This document shows positions 38,122 through 50,228 of a stretch of 64,000 nucleotides of DNA, piece by piece. Below the pieces are notes generated by a model. It saw nothing but the letters and a program-made list of their open reading frames with translations. It was not told the origin of the DNA and did no database searches. Location of the stretch: the NCBI RefSeq assembly GCF_009834535.1, contig NC_045696.1, forward strand, positions 111,478,001 to 111,542,000, in the 5' to 3' direction. The translations under genes and the position numbers were made by a program. Numbering within the stretch: position 1 is the first letter of the stretch; each line of letters opens with the position of its first letter. This stretch comes from Camelus ferus. Taxonomy: Eukaryota.

Positions 38122-38668
38122 TGTTACATAGTTAGATAAGTGGGGGAACAGGGCAGATAGATGGAGGAGAGGGAGGATGGTCCGAAAGATGGAGTTATGC
38201 CCGCCTCCAGCATAAAGGGACTTTATTTCTTCTAAATGATTGCCAGCCAGAAACCGGTTAGAACAGCCATGGCTACACGGTAGCAGAAAGGACTTAACCA
38301 GACATGACCCAGTGCTCATTGTATTATAATTAACTTTGTGGTTTAGCCAGCTCCCACCCTTGGGTGTTTCTGTGTGCACCATGGGTAAGCACCTGCACAA
38401 AGGGACCATACATGACTCAGCACTCCAGGGACGAGAGCTGTCAATCAATCAAGCGAGCACCCCTAAGCGAGGGTATGAGAGAAAGGGGAGACAGAAACCT
38501 CCCCTTTCCCTCCCTTGGGTCAGCCCCCTTCCCATTCCTGGAGGTGTACTTTTCCTTTTTTTTAAGTAAATCTTTTAAAATCTTTCACTACACAATGCAC
38601 CATCTCCTGACTGTAAACTTATCTCTCAGGTATGACAAAAATCGGGGTCTTGATCTTTTCGGATAACA
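38122..38668 (+). mobile_element. ERV1-type solo LTR (547 bp)
   Basis: tgtta...taaca inverted termini; perfect 4-bp TSD ttat (38118-38121 / 38669-38672). Confidence 0.9.
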
Positions 38669-39723
38669 TTATCACTTTGAGACATTTGATCTACCCTAAA
38701 TTAGTCATGAATATATCTGTACATATCCATGGAAATAAACTGGATTTACAGGAGGAAAAAAAGTGTCATGGCTACAAAAGCAGGACCTGACCACACCATC
38801 CCCAGGAGTAATTTGCAAGTATAACGTGCCAAGTTCAATGTCCAGAGCTCTTTATTCTGCTCTGAAAGAACCAAGAAAAGAAATAGACTTGTTCATCCGC
38901 CTCTATTCAGTTTCATAGAACACTAAGTGCTATAGAGTAAGGGGCCAAAATAACCAGGCAGGTTCCATTTATGTGCCTTTCAGTTAGATAGCCAGGCTTT
39001 GAGGATGTGCAGCGGGGAGGTGGTGGCTGAATGCACTGCCCTGTCTTAGCCTGATGGTGCTCCCCCCATGTTGTCAGGCTGCCAGCTGTGTCTGTCCCAT
39101 CTTCAGCAGCAAACTGCCACGTGGTTCCTCCGCCTGTAGGAATCCTAGGTGTTCATGACCTCGCTTCTTTGCCATCTTTCACCCGTTCCCAGGTTTCAGG
39201 AAATACACAGAATTTTTCCTGTTCCTGCCTCGAATACCAGTTCTCGTCCCAGTGGACTCCAGGGTCCAGAGTTCTGCATGGAGCTGGCTGAGCCCTTCCT
39301 CACCCCAACCTCACACCCCATACATCACTCTCTTGCCTGTTTGCACCTCCTTCCTTCTAATGGATTCCTCATTATGGACCACACTTCACTCTGAACTGAT
39401 TTCTGTTCACCCCCTTTGCCTGAAGACGCAACTGGCTGCCTCTCTGGGTTCCAGCTCACGTCCCTTCTCAGGTTGGGTGTGATCAGACCTAGAAATATGG
39501 CTTTTGTTTGCATGGCCCTGAGCCGCACACACTTGAGTTTTCTCGTGGGAACAACCCTTTTGTGCTTGTTTTACATTGTGGGTCATATAAGGACATGAAA
39601 GGCCCTTACACATTGAGCTTCTGCTTTGCTCTTTAACCCTGAAACTGTCTGATCATTCTCATATCTCACCCCAAACTGCTCAACATGGCAATCTTCCAAC
39701 ACACAAGAAGGGTTCTAGGTGAT

Positions 39724-40079
39724 TGTCTCTGATTGGTTTCCCGGGAAAGCAGACTCTGAGACAAAGATTGGCATGTGGGGTGTTTATTATTGGATGCTTT
39801 TGGGATCAACACCTGTGGAGGGGAAAGGAAGCAAGCAGGATAGGACAGAGGAAGGAGTCGGGCTGTGATGCAGCCTCAATGAAGGGCTCAGCCAACCCTA
39901 TGTGCAATCCTGCAGGGCCCCGCAGGGCGGGGCCCTCACTTCTCCTGAGCTGGTCAGTCATTGAATGGGAGCCACCCATCCCCAAAGAGGCCCAACAGCA
40001 GGGACATCTTTTGGCAGCATTGTCAGCAGCTAGGGGAATAAGTCCTTTATTATTAAAGGGCAGCATAGCATCCAACACA
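39724..40079 (-). mobile_element. ERVL solo LTR (LTR16-like)
   Basis: aagcagactctgaga...gggatcaacacctgtggagg...gggctgtgatgcag...cagccaacccta is the LTR16 antisense signature. Confidence 0.85.
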
Positions 40080-40314
40080 GGGCCACTCAGGATTGTCCCC
40101 TTTTCCTCCACTCTCCCTGTTTCATTTGACCCTGAACTGTCACTTTTTCTCTTGTGGCCACAGATTCCCGCATGTGCTTCTGCCCTCTGGTGTCTAGCAA
40201 TCCCCCCCTCCCCTACCGCCACACCCTGGCTTTTGGCTCAGGGAATGTGGCCCCCTGGCATTGGGCTTCGCCTTGCCATCCCTGGGTCCTTTTCCTTTCT
40301 AGGGACCTGAGAAC

Positions 40315-40900
40315 TGTTGCCGGTGACTAGGTTCTTGTCTCATTGCAGAAGGAATTCAGAGACAAGGCATGGAGGTTAAGAAAGTAAAGTGGGGATTTAT
40401 TAAGGGATGGATAGGACACTCTCAAGCGGAGAGCGGGCAGGCTCAGGTGAGCAGCTGCCAAGAGTTTCTCTGGCAAATTAGGTTACATAGGGTGTAAAAA
40501 TGAATGGGCGGAATATTCATTGGGGAGGGAAGGGTCTGGGGTCACATTCTCTGATTTTCATTCCAGCTCCACCTTCCTGAAGGGAGGAGGGATTTTTGTC
40601 CCCATTCAGTCTGGATCAGCAGTGTCATGGCATCAGTGCATGGCTAATTTTATTGAAATAAGGGCATAATGAACAACAGGTTACATTTGGACACTGGAGA
40701 TTCCTGCCTTTTCCTATCTTTCTTTGTCGACCTCCAGGGTACTTGTGATCCCAAAACGTGTGATTTCTTAACAGCCCAGAAATTCCCGCATTTGTTTCTC
40801 TGCCCAAGGACCCCTGTTGTTAACACGATGTATGGTTTCCTGCCATTTGGCTTGAGTCCCCCTTTCTCTGCTCATATCTAGCTATCTGCCTGCTGTAACA
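40315..40900 (-). mobile_element. ERV1-type solo LTR, family A copy 3 (586 bp)
   Basis: tgtt...aaca termini; perfect 4-bp TSD gaac (40311-40314 / 40901-40904); homologous to the 20594 and 22881 copies. Confidence 0.93.
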
Positions 40901-41999
40901 GAACACCCTCATGCCAAAAGGGAAATTAGGTCGTGGATTTTGTGGATCACACTAAGTCACCCTGGAAGGTGACATACTTCCTCCCTGAGGGGGTCACTTC
41001 TTCAGGTCATGAAAAATGAAACACTTTTTTCACCACATTTGGGAGTTGAAAAGAGAAAGGAGGGCAGATAAAGTTCACTTATGGATTTTTAAAGTTCAGC
41101 TTACATCAGAAGACTGAATTTGGAACTCTGAATATCAAATACTCCAAGAGCGAAGCAGAAGTGGAGGACAATCCTGAAGACTGGAAAAGAGAAGTTACAG
41201 AGGGATGATGATTCAGCAGGGGAGAATTTGTGGCCAGCCTGGGCAAAGAAAGATCCAGAAATTTACCTTTCTTTTGAAGTTCACCTGCAACTCTCTGTAA
41301 CAGTTTACCCTCATATTTACTAAGATAAGTTTCAAGATTTCAGGAAGTGCAAGCATCTAGAAAATGATGTGGCCCCAGCTGCCACAACGCACACACACTG
41401 CTCAGAAGGTGGCTCTGTTGGGTTCAGTGGGACACCAGTGCAGAAGTCAGAGATGTACCGCCAGTATTATGACTTAACCACAAAGCCCAGGAAACAGCTG
41501 CCCACATTCACGTGTCATAATTGTACTCACGGGGCAAGTACAAACACTGATGATCACGATGATAATTTAAAATCATTTTTAAAAATCCACTATTTTCATT
41601 TATGTGTTTTAACATAGAAAAGAACAAAGAATTTTTTTTTTAAATTCCTGTTTGGAAGGGTTAAAATAAAGTTTTATGCAAGAGACAACTCTTAAAGGAC
41701 AACTGGAAGCCTGGATCTGGGGTGGAGGCCAGGTAGCTAAATATTCCTGGGTGTGAGTGGACACGTGTGTAAGATCTGGGTAAACAAAGATCTACTGCTC
41801 CCGAAGGGGACTCTCTCGGAAGCCAGGATGGGTAAGGTGCCCAGTCCCACTGCAGGTAAAGCAAAAGGAGCCCACAGGTGACTTCCTGGTCTTTGAGCTC
41901 TGTTCAAAATGCTCTGTTCCCCGTTACCCAGTCACACAGGAGCATTGCACAGCCAGGCACTGATGAAGAAGAGACAAGAGACATGGATGGTTTTGTGCT

Positions 42000-42662
42000 T
42001 GTAACTGAACCAAACTTGGGTCGGCTGGCCTGTGCACAGCGAAGCCAATCTACTGACACGGGATTGTGGTCAACGGAAGTGCAGTGTTTGCTGCAAGGCG
42101 CCCAACATGGGGCCAAGCAAGGAGAATGGGCAGCTCATGCTCAAAAGACCCAAACTCCCCAATGGCTTTCGGGGAAGGATTTTTAAAGACTGTACAGGAG
42201 AGAGTTTCCACCTTGTGATCAGTTTATGCACAATCCTCTGACTGGTGGACGGTGAAGTAATAGGCTGATGTTTCAGGAATCTCAATGATCAGTCTTCTGG
42301 TTCTAACTGGTCCAGGGCCTAGGTGCTAGTGGGCAGCATGCAGTTAACTTCTTCCACCTGGTGGGGGTTTTAGTCTCTGCAAAACCACTCAAGGAGATGT
42401 CTCAGAATACTAACTATAGCCCTGGAGGAGGAACTAAGGGTCCTTGGCTTTGTTTTATGGCTAAACTGTTACTATTTTGCCTTGCTTGACTGTTTTCCTT
42501 TGTTTCTGCCTTTTCTCACTTTGATTAAATTTCCTCTTTAGAACTCAGGGAAGGCCTAGGAGGATAAAGCTTTCCTGCAAACGAGATGCGGGAGATGCAG
42601 GAGATGCGGGAAGGTAGGTGTTCTGTCCCCAAGAAGGCCCCACAGGGTTCTGCTTGGTAACA
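42000..42662 (-). mobile_element. ERV1-type solo LTR
   Basis: tgtaactgaaccaa...ttggtaaca termini, typical LTR length; internal 9-bp tandem gagatgc(g/a)g x3 at 42583-42609; TSD not evident. Confidence 0.8.
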
Positions 42663-43429
42663 TAACTACTGAACAGGAATTGACAGCAGCATCTGGATTA
42701 TGAAGCCAACTTCCCAAACTACCTGGAATTTTGGTGGGAAAGGGTCAGGGATGAGAAGTACTCTCACCTACAAACTCCATCCTTCATGCCCCAATTTACT
42801 GTCCTCTCAGATGCTCTTCCTAGGATGCCTGGGTCATTGCTCTACCTCAGGGAAGCCCCCGCCTTCCCACCTCAAACAAGGAGAATGTCCCTGAAGCGCT
42901 GAGATTCTACAAAGGTACTACTTGAAGTTGCTTTAATCTGAACTGTCTCCACTGGCAACTATGAGCAATAAAGGTGGAAAATGTACCATTCAGCCCATTC
43001 CCAGAATGGCTTTCCACATCCCTTTTGAGTTGATACCCTGATGGCAATCCCCACTGCCACAGCCACAGCTCAGGCTGCCACCAACTTTGGCTGGTATTAA
43101 CGCTCAGTCTCCATCCCTGGCTAAAAAAAAAAAAAAAAATTTAAGACTCCTCCAGTGCCTTCCAGATAAAATCCAAACTCATTTATAGGACATGCACAGC
43201 TTTCCTCCAGCTTTACATTATAACTGTTTATTTGCATGTTTTCTCCATTTACCTGTGACTATCCTGGGGAAAATGGTCATGGCTTATTTCTTTTAATGTT
43301 AATGACTTAGCTGCTGAAACACTGCATGGCACAAGAAGACCCTGAATTAGTGCCTATGGAATGACAGATAACTAATTAGGGATTCTGTGAGTCTCTGGGC
43401 AACGTACTGAAGCTTAGAATAAGAAGTGT

Positions 43430-43615
43430 ACATTTTAGCCTTCAGAGACATCTGAACAAGTTGCTTAACTTCACTGGGTCTTAGTTTCCTCACCAGTAAA
43501 GCGTTATGATATTTACCTCCCTTATGGGGTTCTTGCGGGGATTTAATGGGATGATATATGTAAAGAGCCTGGGTCCTTGCCTGGGACATGGTATTCATTG
43601 GTCAACATGTAGTCC
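43430..43615 (+). mobile_element. MIR SINE
   Basis: aacaagttgcttaacttcactgggtcttagtttcctcaccagtaaa...gatatatgtaaagagcctgg. Confidence 0.85.
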
Positions 43616-43709
43616 ATTTGCTTCCTTCTCTTGGCCTCAGTTTACAATCAATAAAATTAAGAAAATAAATGAGGTGATTTCTAAGATCTCTTCTATCTCA
43701 TAATGAGAG

Positions 43710-43963
43710 ATTTTAGCTCACAATTGTTAGTAAAGGATAGAAAAAATGAAAATCAGTAAAGATAGAGACGAGTTGAAGGACGCAACTAACAAAGTATGCA
43801 TAAATACCACCCAACGCTTGCAGATTACACATTCTTCTCAAGTGTATGTGGGAAGTTTACCAAAATTGACCTTACGTTGAGCCATAGAATAGTATTATGC
43901 ACAGCAACAGAAAATTAATGAAATGTTCTCCTGCAATATAGATGAATCCCTCAGACATAAAGT
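43710..43963 (+). mobile_element. Old L1 ORF2 endonuclease-domain fragment
   Basis: aaaatcagtaaagatagagacgagttg (KISKDRDEL) and gcagattacacattcttctcaagtgtatgtgggaagtttaccaaaattgac (ADYTFFSSVCGKFTKID) match the L1 EN YTFFS...KIDH motif. Confidence 0.8.
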
Positions 43964-43965
43964 TA

Positions 43966-44185
43966 CAGTTGACCTTTGAACGATGCAAGGGGTTAGCGCC
44001 ACAATCAGCCCGCAACAATTGAAAGCCCATGGGTAACTTCGCCGTCACCCTCTGTATCCACAGTTCCACATCCGAGGATTCAATCAAACTCCAATCATGT
44101 AGTACTCCATTATGTGTATAGCGGAAAAAACCCAAGCATGAGTGGACTCACACAGTTCAAACTCACGTTGTTTAAGGGTCAACTG
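43966..44185. mobile_element. Tigger2-type MITE (TcMar-Tigger)
   Basis: Terminal inverted repeats cagttgacctttgaac / gtttaagggtcaactg with TA duplication on both sides. Confidence 0.93.
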
Positions 44186-44187
44186 TA

Positions 44188-44390
44188 TAGTTAAAAAAAA
44201 AAAAAAGGTAAATTTGTTTATGGTATCGGAGGTCAGGATAGTAGTTACTTAGGAATAGAGGGGCGAGGGAGGTTTCCAGGATTCTACTTCTTGATCTGGA
44301 TCATGGTTGAATGGATGTGCTCACTTTGTGCTAATTCATCAAAGTGAACATGGATGATGAGTTGATAAAAGTTTATTAACAACCAGAAAA
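44188..44390 (+). mobile_element. Old L1 3'UTR end
   Basis: ggaggtcaggatagtagttact...ttctacttcttgatctgga...tcactttgtgctaattcatcaa. Confidence 0.7.
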
Positions 44391-46559
44391 AAAATTGTGG
44401 ACTAATGTGTCCAGCTGGGAAGTGGTGGGGCTGGGATGAATCAGGTCTGCAGGACCTGGGCACCCTCAGCATGTCCATGGGGACTTTGCCTCTTGGTGGG
44501 CTCCAATCTTTGTACCTTAGCCTTGTGAATTTTCTGAAAGCTCTCCTCAGCTTCTGAGGCTATGCCCCACTGCTTTAGAAGGTACCTGTCTCAAGGTGGA
44601 AAGAAGGCATCGATCTGGGGGCTCAGGTCTCTATGCCTCCTGCCAATTCAGGATTTTGTCTCTTTATGGCTTCTCTGAGGGAGAGCTGACTTGGGCACTA
44701 TGTTTTTTTTAACTTAAAACAGGTTATTTCATCACTATTTCATCCAGTTGAAAGGTATCTGCAACAAGGTATTCTACCATCATTAGAAATTAAGGGGAAG
44801 CTTACTTCATCTTTCTTATCCCGATTTATCTCATGGTTTATTTTATAAATTATTTAACAAATATTAATTGGACATCCTATACATTACAGGCACTATTCAA
44901 AAGACACAACACTTAGGGCATCTGCATCAATAAAATAAAAATAATAATTGCATCTCCTTTATTGAGATAAACGTGTAGCATGCACTCCACAATGTTTGGT
45001 ACATAGTAAACATGAGATGAGTTTTAGTCATTATGTGTGCCTTCCACAGCGTGGACATCTTCATCAGCTTGAGAATAGAAAATTCGCCTCCCTTTTAATC
45101 ATCTTCTGTACACTTGCACAAAATAAAAGGAAGCTATTTTTCGTCTGGGAGCATTTGGAGTCCATAAATGATCAGAGCAGTAGGGCACATTCCAATTTTA
45201 CTCATAACAAGTGGTCTGGCTAGAAGGCTTGTGAAGACCCCTTTCCCTACCTCCTCACAACTCTGCAGAAATCATGGGAGGCTGAACTACCTCTCTGGTT
45301 TCACTGGACGTAGGGCTATTTAATGATGACAAATTAAGGAGCCCAGCGGGGTCACTCATCGCTGTCTAGTTGATTACAGCAGCGCTGTCCTGAAGCAGTG
45401 GTGCTGACCTGCCCTTTAGCCCAGCTCCCATGCCTGCCTCACCTCTGCCTCCACTGCTTGCTCTTTGTAGCCACCAGCCTGGCTCCAGGGAACCTTTGAT
45501 TTAGCTTAAAAAATAATTTTGCAAAGCTGGAATGTTCAGCCACGTAAACTCTAGATTATCACAACTAGAATTCCAAAGGGCTTTCCTCGCTTGCCTGTGT
45601 GCCCTGCTGTGACACAAGGAGAAAGCATTGCCGGGGCTTCCCCCTCTCCCAGCAGCCGTGGAGTGTCCCCCAAAGGAACTGTGTCAGAACAGAGGTTCTG
45701 TGAGCTAAAAATACATGACCAAGTTTCCAAAATAGCAGTCATAAAGCATCCCACACCAGCCTGTTCTGTCCATCTGACTTACCTGGTACAAAACACACAC
45801 TCTTGTAATCCTGCCCCTGTCCTTTGTTCACACACAGAGATCCAGTTCTCCGGATCAAATTTCTGAGCTCTGAAATACACTACTAGCATAATAATGTTAC
45901 AGGGACACCTTGAGAGGTTACTACCAGACTCTAGCAAGCAGTTTCCAAAATTATATACCACGAATGCTCTAAGCAGAACACTAAATCTGCATTCACTCCC
46001 TTACATTTGTTAAGTGTCTCCTTTCAAACAACACCCATTACTCAACACGTCATGGAGCCAAAAAGACGTGACCATGGTCCCACTTCTCCAGAGGAAGATC
46101 CCCATGAGATCCCACACACAAAAAGACCTAAAAAAGCTAACTTCTTTCAGACTATACCAAATCTGAGAAAATTCTCCACAGCCATTACACGTGGTGCATT
46201 GCTGTGCTAAAAATAGTCTGTTTAAGATGATGAATGTCACCTGTCATGCTCTAACTCAAGAGGCTGTGGTCCATTCTAGACCGTGTTCAAGATGTCCACA
46301 TCCCACAACTAGTCAGAGTCCAAAGTGGGTCTGTGGTTCACGGAAGTTAACAGAGCCGAACAGTTAAAGGATGAGGCCAGCAGGGTCCAGTACATCTGGA
46401 AGGTCCCTTATGGTGAGGTCTGTGCCCTGACCAGGCTGCGTCCCTGACACCAGAACAATGCTTGGTGCAGGGCCCCTAACATATGACTGCTGAATGAAGA
46501 ATTAATGAATGGTGGCGGGTACTCGAGTCTGGGAGACTGGTGGATTATAACATCTACAG

Positions 46560-47613
46560 CAGAGTTCTCAACGGCAGCACTGTAAAGAAAAAAGACACCA
46601 TTGTTTTTATTTATATCACATACACTACTTCTGACGCTTCTGAAACCAAATGTCTGGAGTTTTCCCCATATCGAGCAGTTCTGTGACACCAGCTGGATGT
46701 CCTGCAATTTAACTCAATTTTGATCTTATCTACCAGGAGAGAGCATCGGATCCCATAGGTTAAGGGCTCAGTCCTATAAGGCTGCCCCCCAAACCGTGCC
46801 CCCCAAACAGTGCCCCAGACACACACACTTTGATGTGGATCACAAGTCCAGGTTGTCACCTGTGCTTCTAACCAACTGGCTATACAGCCAAGATTTCCTC
46901 AGCACCCCCCCCCCCCCCGGAGATCTACTACTTTTCTAGAAGAGCTCACAGAACTCAGGAAAATGGTTTACCAGATCACCAATGTGTTATGAAGGGACAT
47001 AGCTGGGAACAGGGAGATGGAAGAGATGCATAGGGCAAGGTTTGTGGGAAAGGGGACCGAGCTTCCATGCTCTTGGGGGCAACACTCTTGCAGCATGCCT
47101 ACATGTTTAGGAAAGAAACTGCAAATGTCCTTTTGGGTTGTTACAAGGGCGTTATTTGGTAGGCATGGTTGATTTAATCATTAGCCATTGGCGACTGAAC
47201 TCAATCACCCATCCTTCTCCCGTCCCCCAGAGGTAGGTGCAGGGCTGAAAGTTCCAGCTCTCTTATCCTGGCTGGTTTCCCTGGCAACCAGCCTCCATCC
47301 TCAGGTTGTCTAGGGGCTTTCCAAAAGTCACCTCAGTAACATCACAAGCAACAACTTCATCACTCACAGCACTTAAGAAATTCCAGGAGCTGTGTGCTAG
47401 GGTGGGGCAAAATCATAAATCACAACATTGCACACATTGTTGACATTTTGGCTGGACAGTTCTTTTTTGCAGTTGGCTGTCTTGTGCCTTGTAGGGTGTC
47501 TAGCAGTGTTTCTGGCCTGTATCCACTCAACCCCCATTTATGACAACCAAACATGTCACCAGATATTGCCAAAGGTCCCCTAGGGGCAAAATCACGCTCA
47601 GTTGAGACCAGTG
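46560..47613 (-). mobile_element. MER20 hAT element split by a MER21 LTR
   Basis: Left piece cagagttctcaacggcagcac (46560-46580), right piece tgttgacattttgg...ggggcaaaatcacgctcagttgagaccagtg; degenerate 8-bp TSD atctacag / atgtaaag. Confidence 0.85.
46581..47432 (-). mobile_element. MER21-like solo LTR
   Basis: gacaccagctggatgtcctgcaatttaactcaatt...ggttaagggctcagtcc...gctcacagaactcagg...ataaatcacaacatt match antisense MER21. Confidence 0.88.
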
Positions 47614-47764
47614 ATGTAAAGGACCAGGGATGCTGGTCCTTTACATCATTGTAAGGATGATGTAGGGAGCTCCTCGGAATCACAGAGGTCTGACAGCAGG
47701 ACCCAGGCAGGACGGCTGAGGTTTAGGGACACTCTCTTGCCTAGAAAAGACTTGAGAAGGATAT

Positions 47765-48310
47765 CCATCAGTATCCCATTAGTTGAAAGTGGCCTAATCC
47801 AAAGGGGCTTGAGCAATAAAAGATAATCTATTAGACTAGGGCCTAAAAAGCCCAGAGAGAAGCCAGCTTCAGGCATGTGAGACTCTAGAAGCTCAAATAA
47901 TGCCATCAGGACTGTTTCTCCCCACTGCTGGACTCCACTTTCCTGAATGATCACCCCTCCGCATGGTGTCAAAGCCCCACCACTCCAGGTCTATATCCAA
48001 CCAGCGTAGAAACCAACCCTGACAGGAAGGGAGCTTCTCTCTCTCAATAGTTCTAGGGAAAAAAAATTCTCACGACTGAGTCTCTGTACCAGCTTGCCTT
48101 ATCGCCTGACTAATCAGAGTTAGGAAACTGACAATTTGTGGACCACGCCAAGGGATCAGGTCTGCAACCATGTCACTTCTGGATCTGGGAGCAAGGAACA
48201 GACCAATTTCACCCAAAGCATCTAAATTAACATGGGGCGGGGGGCAGAATGGTCCCTTAAGGATGCTAATAGCAGAAAGGGGTCGCAGTGAGCACTGAGT
48301 AGGTGCGACA
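47765..48310 (-). mobile_element. Old MaLR LTR (MLT1K-like)
   Basis: gcttcaggcatg...gctcaaataatgccatcagga...ctccaggtctatatcc...tctctctcaatagttc. Confidence 0.55.
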
Positions 48311-48799
48311 GTGCAAGTTAGCAGCCAATGCCTGGACAAACTAAGACGCTGGACCAGAAATCAAAGCAAGAGCTCTTGTACTAGTATAAATACAGGGACC
48401 CAGCGCTGGCCTCGGGGTGCCAGTGGCTTAGATGGGATACTGTTTATAACTGTTTTGTCTGAAACTTTCCTTCTCGGATCTCTGAGTACTTATTAAACAT
48501 GAAGAGGTTTCTGCATTCAAATAGCAACATTTAATCCTTCCCGCTGCCTGCCTGGCTCTATTTGCATACCTTTGCTTTCATTCTGCCCTTTCTGAAGATC
48601 CCCTCGGGTAAGTTCAGACTTGGCCTCGCTCCTTCTAGCTCGATTACAGACACTTTTTGTTTTCTGCTGCTCACCGAGTGGGGTCTGCTAACTGCCAAAG
48701 CCAGGTTGAGGGAGACTTGTAGTCTCCTGCCCTGGCAGTGGGAAGAGGAACCCTCCTCCAGACGTAGCCAGTGAGCAGTTGATGTCCAGAAACAGAATG

Positions 48800-48960
48800 G
48801 TTTTCATGAGTCCTTCCTTCATCTTCACACTGTGATCTCTCTGTGTGCGTGTCTGTGTCCACAGCCCCCATTTTAATAACGGCATCAGTCAGGGAGGATT
48901 AGGGGCCCACCCTAATCTTACTAATGACATCTGCAGTGACCGCACATCCAAATGAGGATA
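48800..48960 (-). mobile_element. Partial MLT1A/B-like LTR
   Basis: catcttcaca...ctctctgtgtgcgtgtctgtgtcc...ggattaggggcccaccctaat...acatctgcagtgacc...tccaaatgagg. Confidence 0.75.
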
Positions 48961-49654
48961 CTGATTTTAAAGTGTGGTCTCCCTGACGTGGTCAGAGGTA
49001 CTAATTTCACTTGTTTTAATGCCAACTCTTTTTATAAAGTCTTTCTGAGCATTTCTCTACCTTGTCACATCCTCCTCAAATGACACATGTGGGGTACAAG
49101 AGCAGCTACATGTCCCTTATAAACTTGCAGCCTTGGGAGGTAGTTGTGTGACAAACTGCAGGAGTTCGTGCAAAAATGGGATGAGTCTGGCCTGTTCTCA
49201 TAGGTTTACAGCTGGTTTTCATCGAGTGAACATTCCTTGAGGACGGCAGCTTTTGCTCACTGAAAGCATCTGCAGAGGGCTCAGCCTCGTTCTGACCCCA
49301 TCCGCATCAGCATCTGCTGGTCCAAGGGTCTGCCTGCTCTGGAAACGACCGTGTTGGATCCCCAGTGTCTGTGATAAGACCTGAAAGAGGAGATTCTTTA
49401 CCTGTATGCATTCCCTAGGTGATAAAAATAGAGTTATTAATTTGCAAGCATAAGAATATTCAGTGGACTCAAATACCAGTTCTGGATTACTTCCCCCTAG
49501 GGACCTGATAATGACCCTGAACTTCCACTGGGATAATTTTCTGGTTTGGACTCTTCTTCCATTTGGCAAGCATTTGATGACCCATCAAATAGAGCCTTGT
49601 CTGACTCTTTTCTGTCCTTAGACACTACACAGCGTGTCCTGCAAAGACTTCGGT

Positions 49655-49790
49655 TCATCAGATTCTCATTTAGAATCCTTGTTTTGCCTCTTACCAGTTT
49701 ATGATCTGGAACATATTTCACATCTATTTTCTCGTCTCTGAAACGTGCGCTCAGCTCTTTGACGGCCTCGTGCTGAGGCTCACCTGTGAC
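49655..49790 (+). mobile_element. MIR fragment
   Basis: tttagaatccttgttttgcctcttaccagtttatgatctgg...ttttctcgtctctgaaa. Confidence 0.55.
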
Positions 49791-50206
49791 GTCCACGCAG
49801 CAGAGGGCACGGGGTGGGAGCCGTAACCCACAGCAGCCGTTGTACTGTTTCAGGATTTTGTTCATTATTTGAAATAATCCTTGGTTTTGGCACCTGTAAC
49901 CGTGTAACTTTCATTCTAATCTTTACAGAGGCTTTGCCTCTTTAACATTCAAGGCAAAATGCTAGCCACCTGCTTTATTTGTTAACCCGGGAAAAAATGG
50001 GTCTCTCTGCCTGACCTGCAGCCACTGCCAGCAGAGCGCTGTCTCGTGCCCAGGATGGCTCTGACTCTGGACAACCTAGTGTCGCTCCTTGAGTAATACC
50101 AGCAAGCATCCCACTCGAAGAGCACACCAGGGACGTGACAGTCATCACATGCCTGATGCGGTGTCGGCCCTAGAATTGTCTACTGCAGTGTTAACAGCTA
50201 ATTAAA

Positions 50207-50228
50207 CACACACACACACACACACACA
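50207..50228. repeat. (CA)11 microsatellite
   Basis: Read directly from the sequence. Confidence 0.93.

Noticed and set aside
39723..40310. Longest ORF (195 aa)
   Set aside because: TTG start, mostly within an antisense LTR16-like element, no recognisable domain.
20594..40900. Same-orientation LTR copies 1 and 3 as the two ends of a single provirus
   Set aside because: Each has its own TSD (gttt vs gaac), they are diverged, 19 kb apart, and enclose no retroviral genes.
41208..43311. Additional ARE-like cores (atgattcagca, atgacttagc)
   Set aside because: The degenerate RTGAYnnnGC core is expected about 30 times in this window by chance.
45777..45870. Perfect minus-strand donor CAG|gtaagt
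   Set aside because: The upstream acceptor has a poor pyrimidine tract; an isolated consensus donor is expected by chance in 64 kb.
49497..49865. 122-aa protein-looking ORF (EAVKELSARFRDEKIDVK...)
   Set aside because: Its core is an antisense MIR remnant; no family recognised.
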